Of a DNA stretch of 64,000 nucleotides, positions 62,604-64,000 are shown piece by piece. How positions within the stretch are numbered: the stretch's first letter is position 1; each line of letters starts with the position of its first letter. Location: contig CM052818.1 of NCBI GenBank assembly GCA_028534125.1, forward strand, positions 23,810,001-23,874,000. The letters run 5' to 3'. This DNA comes from Lama glama. Taxonomy: Eukaryota. Under the pieces are notes generated by a model, which worked only from the letters and a program-made list of their open reading frames with translations, had not been told where the DNA came from and did not search any database. The position numbers were made by a program, and so were the translations under genes.

Positions 62604-63869
62604 AATATTCACTGAGGATCTGCCAGTGCAACCAGAAACCAAATATGCCTTTGAATATTTACCAGGTAGAAGAAATAACAGGAAAAAAACCCCAAAATGC
62701 TATATTTCAGGAAAGAATTGATACTGTTCAAAAGTAAAACATAATCAAGTGAATCTGATATGGAAAAGAAACAGAAGGTGTCATCCTCATTCTTTGAGGA
62801 ACCCTTGGGAAAACATGGCTCTAAGACTATTCTCCATAGGCCATGATTGCGGCAAAAGGTGGGTATAGACTGATATTCTGTTGTTGCAAAAAGTGTATTC
62901 AATGTGCACTACTTCAGAGGTCATCTTCTGGGTCTCCCAATGTTTGTGCTTGCTCACAGAGCATTTGGTAATTATCAATAAAATCTTACCCCCAAAAGTT
63001 CACAGGTGATATTCAAGTAGCTCAGTATGAAAGACTGAGGAACAGTGAATACATGAAAGTGATGTGACCAATAATCAGTAGTCCTCCAGAACAGTGTTTA
63101 TTTTTATATTCCTTTTTTTCCTGCCTACTCTGGATCTCTGAGGAGAACCCAGTAAGCTGATGCTGTTGAGCTGAGATGTTGGGTTTCAGGACCTCTCCCA
63201 TTGCAAAAACTGATCTGTTTTTGTTAGTTTTCTAAATTGAGATTTTTGTATAAAGGTTTAGATTGAAACAAAATGTGAACTATGTATTTCTGAAAAAGAA
63301 GTATTTAAAGATTACTTTTCCAGGTTTAAGTGTTCAGAGAATTTTCCATTTGGGGTTTTTCAAAGTTCTCCTCAACTAATAATCACTAGAAGTAGATGAC
63401 AATGGTTAGTTCACAGTGATTGCTCTCCAAGGGTCTCAGTGAATCAACAGAGGAATGTCTGACAACAATTTTCTGTCCCTCGGGCTTCTACTGGCATCAT
63501 TCTGAGCCACCTGCTGGGTGTGATCTGTCATCACTAGTCATTGCTTTTTGTTGGACCCATTTCCAGAAATCTGTTTCTTATAAATCTCCTTAGAGACAGG
63601 CACTCCTTCAAAGTGAAGCATATCAGATTTGGGGATTTTTCCAAAAGTCTCAAGAAACTAAGGCAGAACTCATTCTGACATCAAGGTATATGCACTGTTA
63701 ATTGAATTTCTATCCCAACAGACCAACCTTCTTATTGATATAAGTTAGAATAACAAGAATTCAAAGCCTATGATGACCCCAAAATGCTTTATTATTCTTT
63801 AATAAATTAAGCTTTCGATAGATGCAAAATCATTCTATTTTCCCCTATCAATATCTTTATATAATGCAC

Positions 63870-63906
63870 TATATATGTGTGTGTGTATATATATATATAC
63901 ACACAC
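63870..63906. repeat. Compound (TG)/(TA)/(CA) microsatellite
   Basis: Read directly. Confidence 0.95.
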
Positions 63907-64000
63907 TCATTTCTGAAAATAGTTTGATGAGTAACCTTTTTTTTGTTTGTACACACATGAGAAAAATAATAATAAAGGGATTATTCCCCCCCCCACTATC

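Noticed and set aside
1..64000. CRISPR arrays, operons, prophage, tRNA-derived young SINEs, U6/Y RNA copies
   Set aside because: None seen; the sequence is mammalian repeat-rich DNA with no regularly spaced repeats or intact Pol III box pairs beyond decayed MIRs.

Overview
AT-rich placental-mammal genomic DNA. It is most likely a camelid or other cetartiodactyl; this is inferred from the style of the young LINE-1 3' ends and not verified by a search. The window is intergenic or deep-intronic. I find no intact protein-coding gene, tRNA/rRNA, CRISPR array or prokaryotic system, and the ORF-track entries are LINE-1 debris, N-gap artefacts or chance ORFs. The window is a layered record of transposable elements: many LINE-1 fragments (mostly + strand), L2, MIR, MaLR/ERVL LTRs and hAT DNA elements (MER20, MER53, MER81, MER5-like), plus microsatellites and a 500-N scaffold gap. 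The most notable items are: an L1 whose 5'UTR is fused directly to the ORF2 RT region; a 5'-inverted L1 whose junction sits on a repeated AAAACAGTATGG-type motif; a palindromic MER53 nested in MER20 that carries the miR-1302 core; a poly(A)-only insertion with a perfect 15-bp TSD; a CpG- and hairpin-rich unique segment; and a weak kinesin switch-II-like peptide. Subfamily names come from recall of consensus motifs and boundaries are approximate. I cannot support a claim of a novel biological system here.
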